A DNA stretch of 64,000 bases from the NCBI GenBank assembly GCA_033763315.1, contig JANRKS010000006.1, positions 223,568-287,567 on the forward strand, read 5' to 3'. Below, one piece after another: positions 1 to 11,565 of the stretch. Positions within the stretch are counted from its first letter, which is position 1. Each line of letters starts with the position of its first letter. This stretch comes from Deltaproteobacteria bacterium (GTDB lineage Bacteria > Myxococcota_A > Polyangia > Fen-1088). The notes beneath the pieces are model-generated. The model worked only from the letters and a program-made list of their open reading frames with translations, had not been told where the DNA came from and made no database searches. The translations under genes and the position numbers were made by a program.

Positions 1-124
1 AGAATCTACCTGCTCGTGGGGTTTGCCTGCGGCGGAAGTACCCATGGTCGCGGTGGTGAGGAAGCGCGTTCTTAGCGCAACCATGTGTGCACTGCAAGAA
101 CACGCAACCGCGGAACCCTTGTGT

Positions 125-2281
125 TTATGCGGGCTTTGTGAAACCGCGCAGACCTTGCGGCCGACGGCGCAGCGTGACGAGTGATTCAGCCAGGAGCAAC
201 GCCATGAGCGCCATGGCCACCCCATGCCATAGCGGCACCTTATGCTTGGGCCGCGTGGCCTGGCCGTCGCCCCTGGGCGTGCCCGCGTCGGCGGCGCGCG
301 TGGCTGGGTTGGATTCCTGCGGATCGAGGTTGACGACGAAGGTGCGGTTGGGATCTTCGGTGCGGTTGGCGTCGGCCGCCATCCCCGCGCGCACGTGGTA
401 CACGCCCGGCACCAATGTATCGGTGAAGGGCACGTGCTGGCTATCCGCCTGGCCGCGCCGTCGGCTGAGCCACGTTCCGCCGCCGGGCTTGGTCACCTCA
501 AGAGTGTCCTCGCCGCCTTGAAAGGCCAATTCGCGCGGCTCCCCCACAAGACGCTCGGCGCTGCGACCGCCCTCGGGCGCACCACCTAGGCGGCGGGTGA
601 CTTCGGTGATGAGCGGCAAGAAACCAGGGCGAATCGCCAAATCAGTCCATTCGCGATCGACGGTGGTGGCGAGCAACATCGTGCGGCCAGATCGGCCCTT
701 GGGGCCCGAGGTGGCAAGAATGCGTTCCACCAGCGCAGGCGCACCGCTTTCAAAACGCAAGATGACGTTGCGGCTGTCGTCGTCGGGCAGCGGTTCGAGC
801 AACGTGTATTTGTAAAAACGCGCAGAAGCCAAACCATCTTCTCCGGCCGGGAAACGGGTGAGCAAAGGGTGGCGCCGATCGAGCGGGGCCAAGTGTTCGG
901 CGGGGCGCTCATCCACCATTTCACCCGATGTGGGGGCCCCTTGGGTGGCGGCCGTCCTCACAACGCCCAAGGGTTGGGGCAGCAAGCCGCCCAAGCGGCT
1001 GTTCCATGCGTCAGGATTCACATTGGCGCCCGTGGAGAACAAAACGCCTCCGCCACCGCTGACGAACTGTGAAAGCGCCCCCGCCAAGGCCGCAGATGGC
1101 TCTCCCACGTTGGCGACGAAGATCACCCCGAACCTGCGCAAATCCGTCTCCGCCGCTTCATCAGGCAGCATTGTGGTGACGCTGATGCCTGATTCGGCGC
1201 TTTGCAGCGCTGATTCGAGGAAAAAGCCTTCGTCCTCATTGCGTGTGGTGCGTGCGTCGCCGTTGATGAACAACACGCGTAACGATTGCATCATCGAAAG
1301 CGAAGCGAAACGTTGATCATCGAGCGTAAAGTCATCGGGATCGATCGACGCTTGCACCTCATGCAAACCCGCGCGCTCTTCGCCTAAGATGTGAACAAAG
1401 CGTTTGCGAACCTGCCCATTGGCCGGAATCTCGGCGAGGCCTTTGGCCACCACGGATCCATCGATCTTGAGTGACGTGGTGACGGACACAGCGGCCGCGC
1501 CCCAATTGGCCAACGAGGCCGTGATGGCCACGGCGTTGGCGCCCGCTTCGGGCAGCGGCACGGCTTCGATGTCCACCACCGCGCGGTTGCTCCAGGGCCT
1601 GCCCTTGGTAACGTCAAACACAGCCAGCTCAGGCGCGTTGTCGCCCACCGGCATGGTGACGTCGCCCCAACCAGCGGCTTGCCCGTCGGTTAACACATAG
1701 ATCCGGCGTTCTTTGTGCAGGCCGCCAGTGAGGATCGTGGTGGCGCGGCGAACGGCGCCGGTGAAATCTGCTGCTTTCGCCGTGGGCGTGACTTGATCGA
1801 TCGCGTCCGCGACGCGCGATTTTTCGAGTGTGAGCTCTGCGATCGGAGCGGCGTTGCCGTGCGAGGCGAGCACCAATGCCACCGCAGAGCCGGTGGGCAA
1901 CTGTCGGCTGATGGCCAGCGCTTGTTCACGCGCGCGTTCGAACGGAGTGCTGCGGCCAAGCGTGCGCTGCATTGACGCTGAATCATCCAGCACAAGCACC
2001 GCGCTTTGCGGGTGAAGGGCCATCGCCGGGGCGTTCGAATCACGTTCGACGAACGGCCGTGCGAACACGAGAGGCAACGCCGCTGCCAAGGCCGTCCGCA
2101 ACAACAGCAGCAACAACTCGCGCAGCTTGTGGCGCGCGCGCACGCGGCGTTCGGCAGCCATCAGCAGCTCCATCGCTGCGAAGGGCTGCGGACGCGGCGG
2201 ACGTCGGCCCAAGCGGTGGATGAGATACGGCACAACGGCCGCAATCAATCCAAACAGCAGCGATGGTGCCAACACGCCCAT
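125..2281 (-). CDS. BatA N-terminal + VWA domain membrane protein (MoxR-associated)
   Basis: N-terminal 'VPYLIHRL...F.AMELL...LLLLLRT' BatA-like segment, 'LVLDDSASMQ' MIDAS motif, C-terminal TM helix; downstream of DUF58 and MoxR. Confidence 0.85.
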   Translation of the reverse strand: MGVLAPSLLFGLIAAVVPYLIHRLGRRPPRPQPFAAMELLMAAERRVRARHKLRELLLLLLRTALAAALPLVFARPFVERDSNAPAMALHPQSAVLVLDDSASMQRTLGRSTPFERAREQALAISRQLPTGSAVALVLASHGNAAPIAELTLEKSRVADAIDQVTPTAKAADFTGAVRRATTILTGGLHKERRIYVLTDGQAAGWGDVTMPVGDNAPELAVFDVTKGRPWSNRAVVDIEAVPLPEAGANAVAITASLANWGAAAVSVTTSLKIDGSVVAKGLAEIPANGQVRKRFVHILGEERAGLHEVQASIDPDDFTLDDQRFASLSMMQSLRVLFINGDARTTRNEDEGFFLESALQSAESGISVTTMLPDEAAETDLRRFGVIFVANVGEPSAALAGALSQFVSGGGGVLFSTGANVNPDAWNSRLGGLLPQPLGVVRTAATQGAPTSGEMVDERPAEHLAPLDRRHPLLTRFPAGEDGLASARFYKYTLLEPLPDDDSRNVILRFESGAPALVERILATSGPKGRSGRTMLLATTVDREWTDLAIRPGFLPLITEVTRRLGGAPEGGRSAERLVGEPRELAFQGGEDTLEVTKPGGGTWLSRRRGQADSQHVPFTDTLVPGVYHVRAGMAADANRTEDPNRTFVVNLDPQESNPATRAADAGTPRGDGQATRPKHKVPLWHGVAMALMALLLAESLVTLRRRPQGLRGFTKPA

Positions 2282-2283
2282 GG

Positions 2284-3216
2284 CTAAAGCTTCGTCCTTC
2301 CGCGCCCGCCAATGAATGAACGCAGCACACCGCCCAAGGGCTCTTGCGTGGTGACCAAGCGGTACTCAATGCCCGCTTGCAAACATGTTTGCCGCCACCG
2401 CGCACGAAACGCCGCCGATTCTTCGGCAAACGAAGCGCGCAGATCGGCCGCGTCCACCACCACGTTGCGATCGTCGCCCGGTTCCATGCCCAAGAACTGT
2501 GTGACTTCATCGAAGGGCAATTCAATCTCGTCGGGATCCAGAATGTGGAACAGCACCACATCGTGCCCGCGCGCCGCCAGTTGCGACAAAGCCAAAGCGG
2601 TGGGCCCTGTGGCCGTTGCAGCGTTCCTCTGCGCTTCGCTGCCCGCCATATCCAGTAGATCAGAAAACACGATCACCAAGCTGCGCCGGTGCGCCAGATC
2701 GGCCACACGTTCGAGTGCGGCCGCTAGGTTGGTTTCGCCGCCTGGTTGCAGCGTATCCAGTGTGGCCAACACTTCGCGAATGTGTCCTCCGCGACCGCTG
2801 GGCGGCAAATACCGTCGCATCGTGCGGTCGTGGATCATGAGGCCCGCGGGATCGCCTTGGCGTCCCAACAGATAGGCCAAGGCCGCGGTCACAAACCCTG
2901 CGTACATCAACTTCGTCACACCGTGGCGGCCGTAACCCATGGAGGCAGAGCCATCCACCACCAGCAACGTGCGCATCTCGGTTTCGTCTTCGAAGCGCTT
3001 GACGTAATAGCGATCTTGTCGCCCCACCACCTTCCAGTCGATGCGCCGGATCTCGTCGCCGGGCGCGTATTCCTTGTGCTCAGAGAACTCGGTGGCCGAC
3101 CCCAGGCTGGGGTTGTGGTGCAAGCCCGCAAACGCGCCTTCCACGATCACACGCGCCCGCAGCGCCATGGAAGACAGGCGCGCCAGCTCTGTGGGATCCA
3201 ACGCGTTTATGGCCAC
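2284..3216 (-). CDS. DUF58 domain protein
   Basis: 'EFSEHKEYAPGDEIRRIDWK' and 'VVDGSASMGY' motifs; adjacent to MoxR. Confidence 0.92.
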   Translation of the reverse strand: MAINALDPTELARLSSMALRARVIVEGAFAGLHHNPSLGSATEFSEHKEYAPGDEIRRIDWKVVGRQDRYYVKRFEDETEMRTLLVVDGSASMGYGRHGVTKLMYAGFVTAALAYLLGRQGDPAGLMIHDRTMRRYLPPSGRGGHIREVLATLDTLQPGGETNLAAALERVADLAHRRSLVIVFSDLLDMAGSEAQRNAATATGPTALALSQLAARGHDVVLFHILDPDEIELPFDEVTQFLGMEPGDDRNVVVDAADLRASFAEESAAFRARWRQTCLQAGIEYRLVTTQEPLGGVLRSFIGGRGRTKL

Positions 3217-3234
3217 GATGAAGACCGATGCGGG

Positions 3235-4416
<1,182 letters not shown>

Positions 4417-4571
4417 GGCGTCGAGGATGCCACGCCGGGCTAGGGCTAGCAAAGGCATCGAGCGTTGCGCCTGCGAAAGAGCCGTTGCGTGACACGCGGC
4501 ACGAATGTGACATTTCGCCCAACGCGACCGATCCAATGCAGTCGCGTCATGGTAACTGTGGGACCTGGGTC

Positions 4572-6107
4572 ATGAACCTTCGCAAGCTTTTTACGTGGAC
4601 CGCGCGCCTCTTCAGCGCCGTGGCCCAGCTTTCGGGGTGGCCGCTGCGGTTGTTTGTGTTCGCGGCTCTGCTGGCGGTGCTGGTGCCCGTGTCGCTTCGT
4701 CGCCTGGTGGACGGTGATGAAGGATACCTGTTGATGGGGGCGCGTCTCGTATCGGAAGGGCAGCGCCCCTACGCGGACTTCTTCTTTCCGCAGATGCCTG
4801 GGTTTGCTTACGTGTTTGGTGCGTGGTTCGCCTTGGCCGCGCGCAACTGGACGATGGCCCGCGATCTATGTGCTGCGGTTTGCGCCGCCACGGGCCTGTG
4901 TGTGTTTGAGCTTGTATGGCGAGGCACGCGTCGCCGTCGCTGGGCGCTGTTGGCTGCGGGGTTCTTTGTGGCGCATGCCTTCACTTTGGGTTGGTTGACG
5001 ATTGCGAAGACATATGGCCTCACAGCGTTGTGCGTGGCCGCGGGCTGTGTGGCCTTTAGCCAGCCCCGCGCACGCTCGTGGCTGGGGCTCGCAGGCCTGT
5101 GTTTCGCTTTGGCGGCGCAAATGCGCCTTTATGCTGGGGTGCTCATACCCGTGGGCGGTGCCGTGCTGCTTGTGCAATTGTGGCGCGAGCGGCAGCTTAA
5201 CCGAAACGCACTGGGCCTCGTGGGCACTTATGTGGCGGGCGCTCTGTTGGGCGCGTGTGTTCTTGTCCCGTCGCTTGTGGCCGATAAAGGCGCGTGGTGG
5301 TTTGGCACCGTGTTGTTCCATGGCATGCGAGAAGCGGGTCAAACGGAGCTTGTGGGAGACCTCACGCAAAAATGGGACACGTTGCGATCGTTGTTGCCAC
5401 TGGCCCCTGAGCGGACGCCCGCGCAAATCCAGTTCGCCGTTGTGTTGTTTCCTGCCGCACTGGCACGCCTGCTGTGGATTGGGCAGCCTTTGCGCATCGT
5501 GGGCTTGGCGTGGATGGCTCTGTTTGCGGTGAGCCTGCTGCCCACGCCCACGCACGATCAATATTTTTCAGTGTTGCTACCGTTGTTGGTGGCGGACGCT
5601 TTGATCCTTCTATCGCGCGTGCCGTGGCGGTTTACCTGGGTCGGTGGGGCGGTGTTGTTGTTTGTCTTTGCCCGCCTGGGCGCGGCTGAGTTGCAGCGCT
5701 ACACAACCACGGGCCTTGATGTGCCGGGTGTGTGGACCACGGCTCGCGTGCCACGGTGGCATCTGCGCACCATGCGCAAGGTGGCGCGCGCGATTGATGA
5801 TCAAGCGGCGGCCGAAGGGGCGTCGTGGTGGCCCGGGTATTTTGTTTCCACCCGCACGCCCATTGTGCGTAGCTTAGCCAACGACTTTGGCTTTCGCGTG
5901 GCGGATCGGATCGCACCCGAGCAAAAAGCCCGCTTCCACGTGGCCAGCCACGCCGACGTGGCCGCGATGATCGCCGCGCGCAAACCGCGTTTGTTTGTGC
6001 AAGGCAATTGGGCCGCAACGCCTCCCGCTGATCAGTTGCCTCGTGCCGGCTATGTGCAAACCGCCGCCATCGAAAACGTTCAGCTATGGTTGGCGCCGCC
6101 GCCTTAG
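4572..6107 (+). CDS. Polytopic membrane glycosyltransferase (GT-C, ArnT/PMT-like)
   Basis: 'DGDEGYL...G.RPYADFFFPQMP' first-loop motif followed by many TM helices. Confidence 0.7.
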   Translation: MNLRKLFTWTARLFSAVAQLSGWPLRLFVFAALLAVLVPVSLRRLVDGDEGYLLMGARLVSEGQRPYADFFFPQMPGFAYVFGAWFALAARNWTMARDLCAAVCAATGLCVFELVWRGTRRRRWALLAAGFFVAHAFTLGWLTIAKTYGLTALCVAAGCVAFSQPRARSWLGLAGLCFALAAQMRLYAGVLIPVGGAVLLVQLWRERQLNRNALGLVGTYVAGALLGACVLVPSLVADKGAWWFGTVLFHGMREAGQTELVGDLTQKWDTLRSLLPLAPERTPAQIQFAVVLFPAALARLLWIGQPLRIVGLAWMALFAVSLLPTPTHDQYFSVLLPLLVADALILLSRVPWRFTWVGGAVLLFVFARLGAAELQRYTTTGLDVPGVWTTARVPRWHLRTMRKVARAIDDQAAAEGASWWPGYFVSTRTPIVRSLANDFGFRVADRIAPEQKARFHVASHADVAAMIAARKPRLFVQGNWAATPPADQLPRAGYVQTAAIENVQLWLAPPP

Positions 6108-6118
6108 CGTCACAAGCG

Positions 6119-7726
6119 TTACCGCTTGTCACACGCGCGCCTTGCACGGTCACGCTTTTGCACATAGGCAGAGTCAGAGTTGGCTAGGCGTGCGTAAGTG
6201 TTGGCCAGGGCACAGTGTAGTTCTGGATCGAAGGGGTTATTCGCGAGTGAGGCTTCGAGAGCCATGCGGGCTTGGTTGGCGTCGCCTTTCTCAAGCCAGG
6301 CTTGCCCCGCGATAAGGTGCGGCCACGGTAGCTCAGGATAGATCGTGCGCAGCTCACCGAGCGCCGCCAAAGCTTTGTCGGGCTCTCGCAACGCCAGATA
6401 CGTGCGTCCCAATTTAACGGGGAACAACCAATGCGCGGGGCCGGCCAATTTGGCGCCCTTGTCGTATTCGATCACGGCCGCCTTGGGGTGGTTGCGAAGC
6501 AAAAGCATGTTGCCTAAGCGCAAGAAGCCATCGGCTTGTCCAGCGCCCAACTCAGCGAGCGCTTCATCTTCGGTGGGCGGTCGTTTCGACGCCACCGCCG
6601 TCTTCTTGCGGAATTTCGGGGTGACCGGCTCCAGGTGCGCGTACGTTTTGAAGTTGCGGCTTTTCATAAAGGCGCGCCATTTGCGATCAAACGTGGGCCA
6701 ATCCAACGCCAGCGCGCTGGCCACCGCTTGCCGCGCATCAATGCCTTGGCCAACCGCTGTCACCGCGGCTTTGACCGCGTTCATGCCGCCCTCATTGAAC
6801 ACGAATGCAATCGTCGTTGCCACCTCTGCAAAGGCGAGCGCGGCATCTTCGGCGCGTGGCAACTTCGCCATCGAGGGGTGCATCGCCTCGAAGCTGATCA
6901 ATTTGTTTGCGGCCAACGCCTTGGCCAGCAGATGTTCATTGCTTGGCGCCAGTGGCTCTCCAGGATCGCGGCGCCAGCGGCTTTCAAGAAATTTGGCCAG
7001 GCCTTCTTGCAACCACACCGGCGCCTGGTCTTTTGTGAGCGACGAGATCGCATAGTGCACGAACTCGTGCGAGAGCGTGTCCATCCAAGGATAACCAAAA
7101 CGCAAAGCGCGCGGCGTGGTCACCATCAAACGCGCCCACTTGCACAAGGCGATGGTTCCCGTGCGTTCAACTTCTTCTTCAGTCAAAGGCGACACCGCCG
7201 CCAGATCTTCTGAGTTGCGATAAAGATCAACCGTCACGATGTAGTGCGGGTGAAAGCCCAGGTCGGCCTTCAGCGCTGCGGCCGCCGCCTCGAGGGTATC
7301 GAGCGCGTGATCAGCCAACACTTCGTCCTCGGGCGGGAAGCGCAGACGAAAATGTTTGGAACGACGTTCCACGTGGCCCTCGATGGCCTTCTCGGCGGCA
7401 TTCGATAGCGCGAACAGCCCTTCGATGTTGCGGTGGCCAGGGAACAATTGACGAGCGGCGGACAGTTTGGCGATGGCGCCTTTGTATTCGCCCTGCAAAA
7501 ACTGCTGGTAACCCTGCAGGTAAAGCACTTGTGGCGCACCGGGTGACATCTTGGCCAGCGAATCGAGGGTGCGATCCGCTTCCTCGAACTGCCAGGCATC
7601 AAACAACTCTTCAACGATCTGGCCCTCGGGGGACAACAGCTCTGATTGTGCGGGCACCTCATTGCGTGCCGCTGGCGAGCGGTTCAAAGCCAAGGCCAAC
7701 CATAGTGCCACATGCACGAGGCTCAT
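6119..7726 (-). CDS. Secreted TPR + peptidase MA-like zinc metallopeptidase
   Basis: Signal peptide, HEFVH zincin motif, 'PVWLQEGLA', TPR helices at both ends; ATGA overlap with the upstream gene. Confidence 0.8.
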   Translation of the reverse strand: MSLVHVALWLALALNRSPAARNEVPAQSELLSPEGQIVEELFDAWQFEEADRTLDSLAKMSPGAPQVLYLQGYQQFLQGEYKGAIAKLSAARQLFPGHRNIEGLFALSNAAEKAIEGHVERRSKHFRLRFPPEDEVLADHALDTLEAAAAALKADLGFHPHYIVTVDLYRNSEDLAAVSPLTEEEVERTGTIALCKWARLMVTTPRALRFGYPWMDTLSHEFVHYAISSLTKDQAPVWLQEGLAKFLESRWRRDPGEPLAPSNEHLLAKALAANKLISFEAMHPSMAKLPRAEDAALAFAEVATTIAFVFNEGGMNAVKAAVTAVGQGIDARQAVASALALDWPTFDRKWRAFMKSRNFKTYAHLEPVTPKFRKKTAVASKRPPTEDEALAELGAGQADGFLRLGNMLLLRNHPKAAVIEYDKGAKLAGPAHWLFPVKLGRTYLALREPDKALAALGELRTIYPELPWPHLIAGQAWLEKGDANQARMALEASLANNPFDPELHCALANTYARLANSDSAYVQKRDRARRACDKR

Positions 7727-10704
7727 TTGACCAACTCCTCGTAGTAACGCCGGACGGCGTCGCGAAAGTTTTCGGGACCCTTTTCCTTCATCGCCTCCAT
7801 TAGCTCTTGCCGCCACGCCCGCGGCGCCTTGGAATCGTCGGCGCCGGGAATGCGCACGGGATCCGGATTGCGAGAGCCGCGTGCCATCTTCTCGCCTTTG
7901 AGGCCCTCGCGAATCTGCGCCAAGCGATCGGCGGCCGCTTGTTCTTTTATCAATGCGTCGCTGGTGTCGGACGACTGCAGATTCTGTTTGGCTTGGCCCA
8001 TCTGGTTGGCTGCGTCTTCAAGCCCTTGCGCCGCCTGCTCGAACCCAGGGTTGCCGGCGCCATCGCGGGCCTCCTGCGCCAACTGGCGAGTACGCTCTGC
8101 GATCGATTGTTGGCGGGCGCCTTGCTGTTGGCTCTGCTGCCGTTGCGCTTCTGAGGCCACATCACGATCGCGCGGTGCCATGTCTTGCAACGCTTGGCTG
8201 ATTTGCTGTGCCAGTTGTTCCGCCTCCGTCATCTTCTCGGCGAAGCGGCCCATGCTACCCGACGGGTCATCTTTGCGTGCGCGCTGCTTCGCCATTTTTG
8301 TTAACGGCGAAAGCGATTGCCCAAGCTCATCCATCTGTTTGCGGGCCTCATCAACGTCATTGCGTTGCAGAAGATCTTGGGCGCTGCTGGCGCGGTCGCG
8401 CGCGCGGGCCTGGCTGTCTGACGCGTCTTCGCCGAGGCGCTTTGGCGTGGGCGTCTTGAGGCTGTCCTGCAGCGCGGACATCTGCGCTTTGACCTGCTTC
8501 ATCTTCTCGGCCATCTGCTTGGCTTGCCGCTCTTGCAAGGACTTCTTGAGCTCTTCTGAAAGCTGCCGGGTGTCTTGCGCCAATTGGCGTTCGTCGCCTT
8601 CGAGCTCGGACATCTTTTTCGTCAACTCCGCCGTGGCGCGACTTTCCTTTGAGAACTTTTCCCCCGTGAATTCGTCGGCGTTTTGATTCAAGGCTTGTTT
8701 AAGCGACTGCAAAGAATCGCCAAGTTCAGCCAACGCCTTGGCCAGCGAATCCGTGTCGCCTTTGGCCAGCAGATCTTCCAATGTTTGCGCTTTCGCCATC
8801 GCTTCGCGCGTGTCGGGCATGTTTTGCCACTCGCTGCCCACTTCGTTGCGCGACTTCACTTCGGCGATTTTCTGCGCCAAGTCGCTGATGCGTTTGCGCA
8901 ACGCCTGCATCTCACGCTGCAGCTGCTCGCGCAGAGCTTCATCCTTGGTGTTCTGGTAGCGGCTCAATAGATCCGTGAGCTTCTGGTAGGCCTGGGTCAG
9001 TTGTTCCCCCAGCCCAGCCAAATCTTCTAAACGTTGGCGCCCGATCAAGTCGTCAAGCACCAGCACCACGTCTTCGAGCATCTTCACGTGCGTGGGGGCC
9101 AAGTGTCGCAACGGCGCCAGATCGCTTGCCGCGAGACGTCCCTCTTGCGCTTTGGGTTTGGCGTGTCGAAGCGCCGCGTTCTCGGTCTTCAATTCCTTGT
9201 TCAAGCGATCAGCAATGTTCGACAACGCTTGCAGCAAGCTCTTGCTTGCGCCGCCATCGCGTTTTTGTTCATCCACAAGCCCGGCAAGTAAGGCCACCTG
9301 CGCCGCTTCTTCGTCGTGGGCGGCCTGCCAAACGGTGAACTCGTCGTTCAACGGCGTTTCACCCAACGGGCGGCTGCCCGCTTCCAACCGATCGGCCAAC
9401 ACGCCCAACAAACGCTCCTGCACGAACTTTTGTTGTTCAAGACTCTCGTCGGTGTTTTCGCGTGGGCGTTCAAGCACAAGGTAGAGCGTGCGCGAAACGC
9501 CCGTCTTAGGCCCTGAAACCGTGTCGGTGTCTTTCGCCTCAATCCAGTAAGCGATCTGAACGCCGGGCACCAGTGATTCGCCCGAGGGATCCCACATGGT
9601 GTTGCCTTGGGCTTGCCGTTTGCCACTCGGGGTCGCAAGCGACACGCGCTTTTCAGGGGCGTTGCCCACCCGAAAAACCAAATTCACGTTGCCAAGGCCG
9701 AAGTCATCATTGGCGGCGTAACCCACCTCGATGGGCCGCGGGCTCGCAAGCTCAAGCCGTTCCGACGCGGCTTTGATCTCGACCGTGGGTGGCAAGTCGG
9801 TGGCCGCCTCCACGCGGTGGCCACGCCGTTCGCGCACGGGGCGACCCAGCAGGGGCGCCAACCAGATGCGGTACCGCGCGGTCTCGTTGATCACAAAGCT
9901 GGTTCGAATCGTGGTGCCGCTGACCGTGCCCTCGATCTGTTGGCCTTCGCCTTGATCGCCGAAGAATAAGATCGCGCGCCGTGCGCGTCGAAGGGCGTGC
10001 ATTTCAAGATCCACGCGCGTGCCCTTTATGGCTTGCGCATCGCCCGTTGCGCCTTCCACCGTGCGCGGGGGCAACCCCGTATAAGCGGGGTAGGTGTAGA
10101 CCAACTTCACATCGCCCACGAGCGGTTCGTCCGAGACGGCCGCGCCCTCGTATAAGGTGGGCGTTCGCACCAGCAGGCCCAGTCCGCGTCGCAACGTGTT
10201 GGGCGCCAAAAAGGTCAGGGCCGCCAACAAAACCGCCACACCCCCGGCGAGTGACGCGGCGCGCGTCGCGGACCGCCCCGGTACCACTTGTCGCACATCC
10301 AGGGTTGACACCGCACCGCCCACTTGGCCACGCAAGGCCGCCACCAGCTCGGGGCTGGTGCCCGGTGCCGGCGCCGCCGTCAATTGCACGGCTGACAACA
10401 GATCGCTGGCCAAAGGTGGGTGAACCGCGCCTACAAGCCTCGCCACCGCGGTGTCAGTTTTTAAACGGCGCCACGGCCGCAAACCCCCAAAAAACGCGGC
10501 TGTGAGTGTGCCAACCAGCAACACTGTGGCGGTGGCCACGGGCCAATAGGCGGCGGGGCCCGTGTGAACCGCCAGCCAAGCCATCAAGAACAACAGCGCC
10601 GCGGTGCCCATGGCCGCCAGGGCAAAAACGCGCACGGCGAACAGGGCGCGGGCACGTTTTCGAGCGTGGGCCAGGAACAGGCCGATTCCATCGCGTGGGA
10701 CCAT
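7723..10704 (-). CDS. DUF4175-like membrane-anchored coiled-coil protein
   Basis: N-terminal TM helices, 'YPAYTGLP', 'DDFGL', long Q/E-rich coiled coil, C-terminal 'VRRYYEELVK'. Confidence 0.8.
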   Translation of the reverse strand: MVPRDGIGLFLAHARKRARALFAVRVFALAAMGTAALLFLMAWLAVHTGPAAYWPVATATVLLVGTLTAAFFGGLRPWRRLKTDTAVARLVGAVHPPLASDLLSAVQLTAAPAPGTSPELVAALRGQVGGAVSTLDVRQVVPGRSATRAASLAGGVAVLLAALTFLAPNTLRRGLGLLVRTPTLYEGAAVSDEPLVGDVKLVYTYPAYTGLPPRTVEGATGDAQAIKGTRVDLEMHALRRARRAILFFGDQGEGQQIEGTVSGTTIRTSFVINETARYRIWLAPLLGRPVRERRGHRVEAATDLPPTVEIKAASERLELASPRPIEVGYAANDDFGLGNVNLVFRVGNAPEKRVSLATPSGKRQAQGNTMWDPSGESLVPGVQIAYWIEAKDTDTVSGPKTGVSRTLYLVLERPRENTDESLEQQKFVQERLLGVLADRLEAGSRPLGETPLNDEFTVWQAAHDEEAAQVALLAGLVDEQKRDGGASKSLLQALSNIADRLNKELKTENAALRHAKPKAQEGRLAASDLAPLRHLAPTHVKMLEDVVLVLDDLIGRQRLEDLAGLGEQLTQAYQKLTDLLSRYQNTKDEALREQLQREMQALRKRISDLAQKIAEVKSRNEVGSEWQNMPDTREAMAKAQTLEDLLAKGDTDSLAKALAELGDSLQSLKQALNQNADEFTGEKFSKESRATAELTKKMSELEGDERQLAQDTRQLSEELKKSLQERQAKQMAEKMKQVKAQMSALQDSLKTPTPKRLGEDASDSQARARDRASSAQDLLQRNDVDEARKQMDELGQSLSPLTKMAKQRARKDDPSGSMGRFAEKMTEAEQLAQQISQALQDMAPRDRDVASEAQRQQSQQQGARQQSIAERTRQLAQEARDGAGNPGFEQAAQGLEDAANQMGQAKQNLQSSDTSDALIKEQAAADRLAQIREGLKGEKMARGSRNPDPVRIPGADDSKAPRAWRQELMEAMKEKGPENFRDAVRRYYEELVK

Positions 10705-10806
10705 GTATGCACTCGCAAATATACGCGGGTTTTGGCGGTGTGCCGTGCCCTTGTTGCGCAGGGCCCTACATCAGTGCACGGGCCGCTGCAGGTGTGGTGT
10801 GGGACT

Positions 10807-10822
10807 CGGCACGCGCCGTGCA
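10807..10822 (+). promoter_or_regulatory. sigma54 (-24/-12) promoter candidate
   Basis: CGGCACGCGCCGTGCA has exact GG-N10-GC spacing with GGCAC core, ending 12 nt before ATG 10835. Confidence 0.6.
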
Positions 10823-10834
10823 ATTACCCCGTGC

Positions 10835-11467
10835 ATGACTTCACAACCTACTGTTCATAACGAAGATTCTGACTGTTTAATTCCTGACAGCGTTGATGAT
10901 CTGGTGGTCCGCGCACAAAAAGGTGATCGCCGTGCGCTTGGTCGATTGCTCGGCGAAGCGCGTCCGCGTGCAATGGCGGTGGCAATGAAAGTGTTGCGCA
11001 ACCCTTCAGACGCCGAAGATGCCGTGCAAGATGCACTCACGAAGATCTGGCGCTATTTGCCGCGATTTGAAGGGCGTGCGTCGTTCTTCACATGGATCCA
11101 TCGCATCGTGATGAACAGCAGCTTGGATCTGCTTCGTCGCGAAAAGGTGCGCAGCGAAGTGCGCGATGAAAACGAAGACGTCGACGCTGTATACGGCATC
11201 GAGCCCGCACACGAACAAACGCCGGAAGCAGCGCTTGTCACCAAGCAAACGGGTGAAGTGGTTCGCAAAGCGATGCAAGTGCTGTCGCCTGTGCATGTGG
11301 AGGCTTTGGTGTTGCGCGAGTTCGAAGAGAATTCTTATGAAGAGATCGCTGTGCTTTCGGCATGCCCCATCGGCACGGTGATGAGCCGTTTGCACCACGC
11401 GCGCCGGCGCTTGGCCACCGAGCTATCAGAATCATTTCCTGCCGCCGCTTGGGCCCAGGCCGCTTAA
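10835..11467 (+). CDS. ECF RNA polymerase sigma factor
   Basis: Region 2 'DAEDAVQDA...F.TWIHRIVMN', region 4 'SYEEIA...PIGTVMSRLHHARRRL'. Confidence 0.93.
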   Translation: MTSQPTVHNEDSDCLIPDSVDDLVVRAQKGDRRALGRLLGEARPRAMAVAMKVLRNPSDAEDAVQDALTKIWRYLPRFEGRASFFTWIHRIVMNSSLDLLRREKVRSEVRDENEDVDAVYGIEPAHEQTPEAALVTKQTGEVVRKAMQVLSPVHVEALVLREFEENSYEEIAVLSACPIGTVMSRLHHARRRLATELSESFPAAAWAQAA

Positions 11468-11565
11468 ACACAACCGTCCTCGTCGCTTTTTTCGGTTTTT
11501 CCGCTGTTGCAAGCCTTCCGTAGATTGCCTGTGGCGCGAGACTCGCGCATAAAATCGCAGAACAC

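Noticed and set aside
1-84. Possible 5' end of a minus-strand gene running off the window
   Set aside because: Only 28 codons visible and no motif to support it
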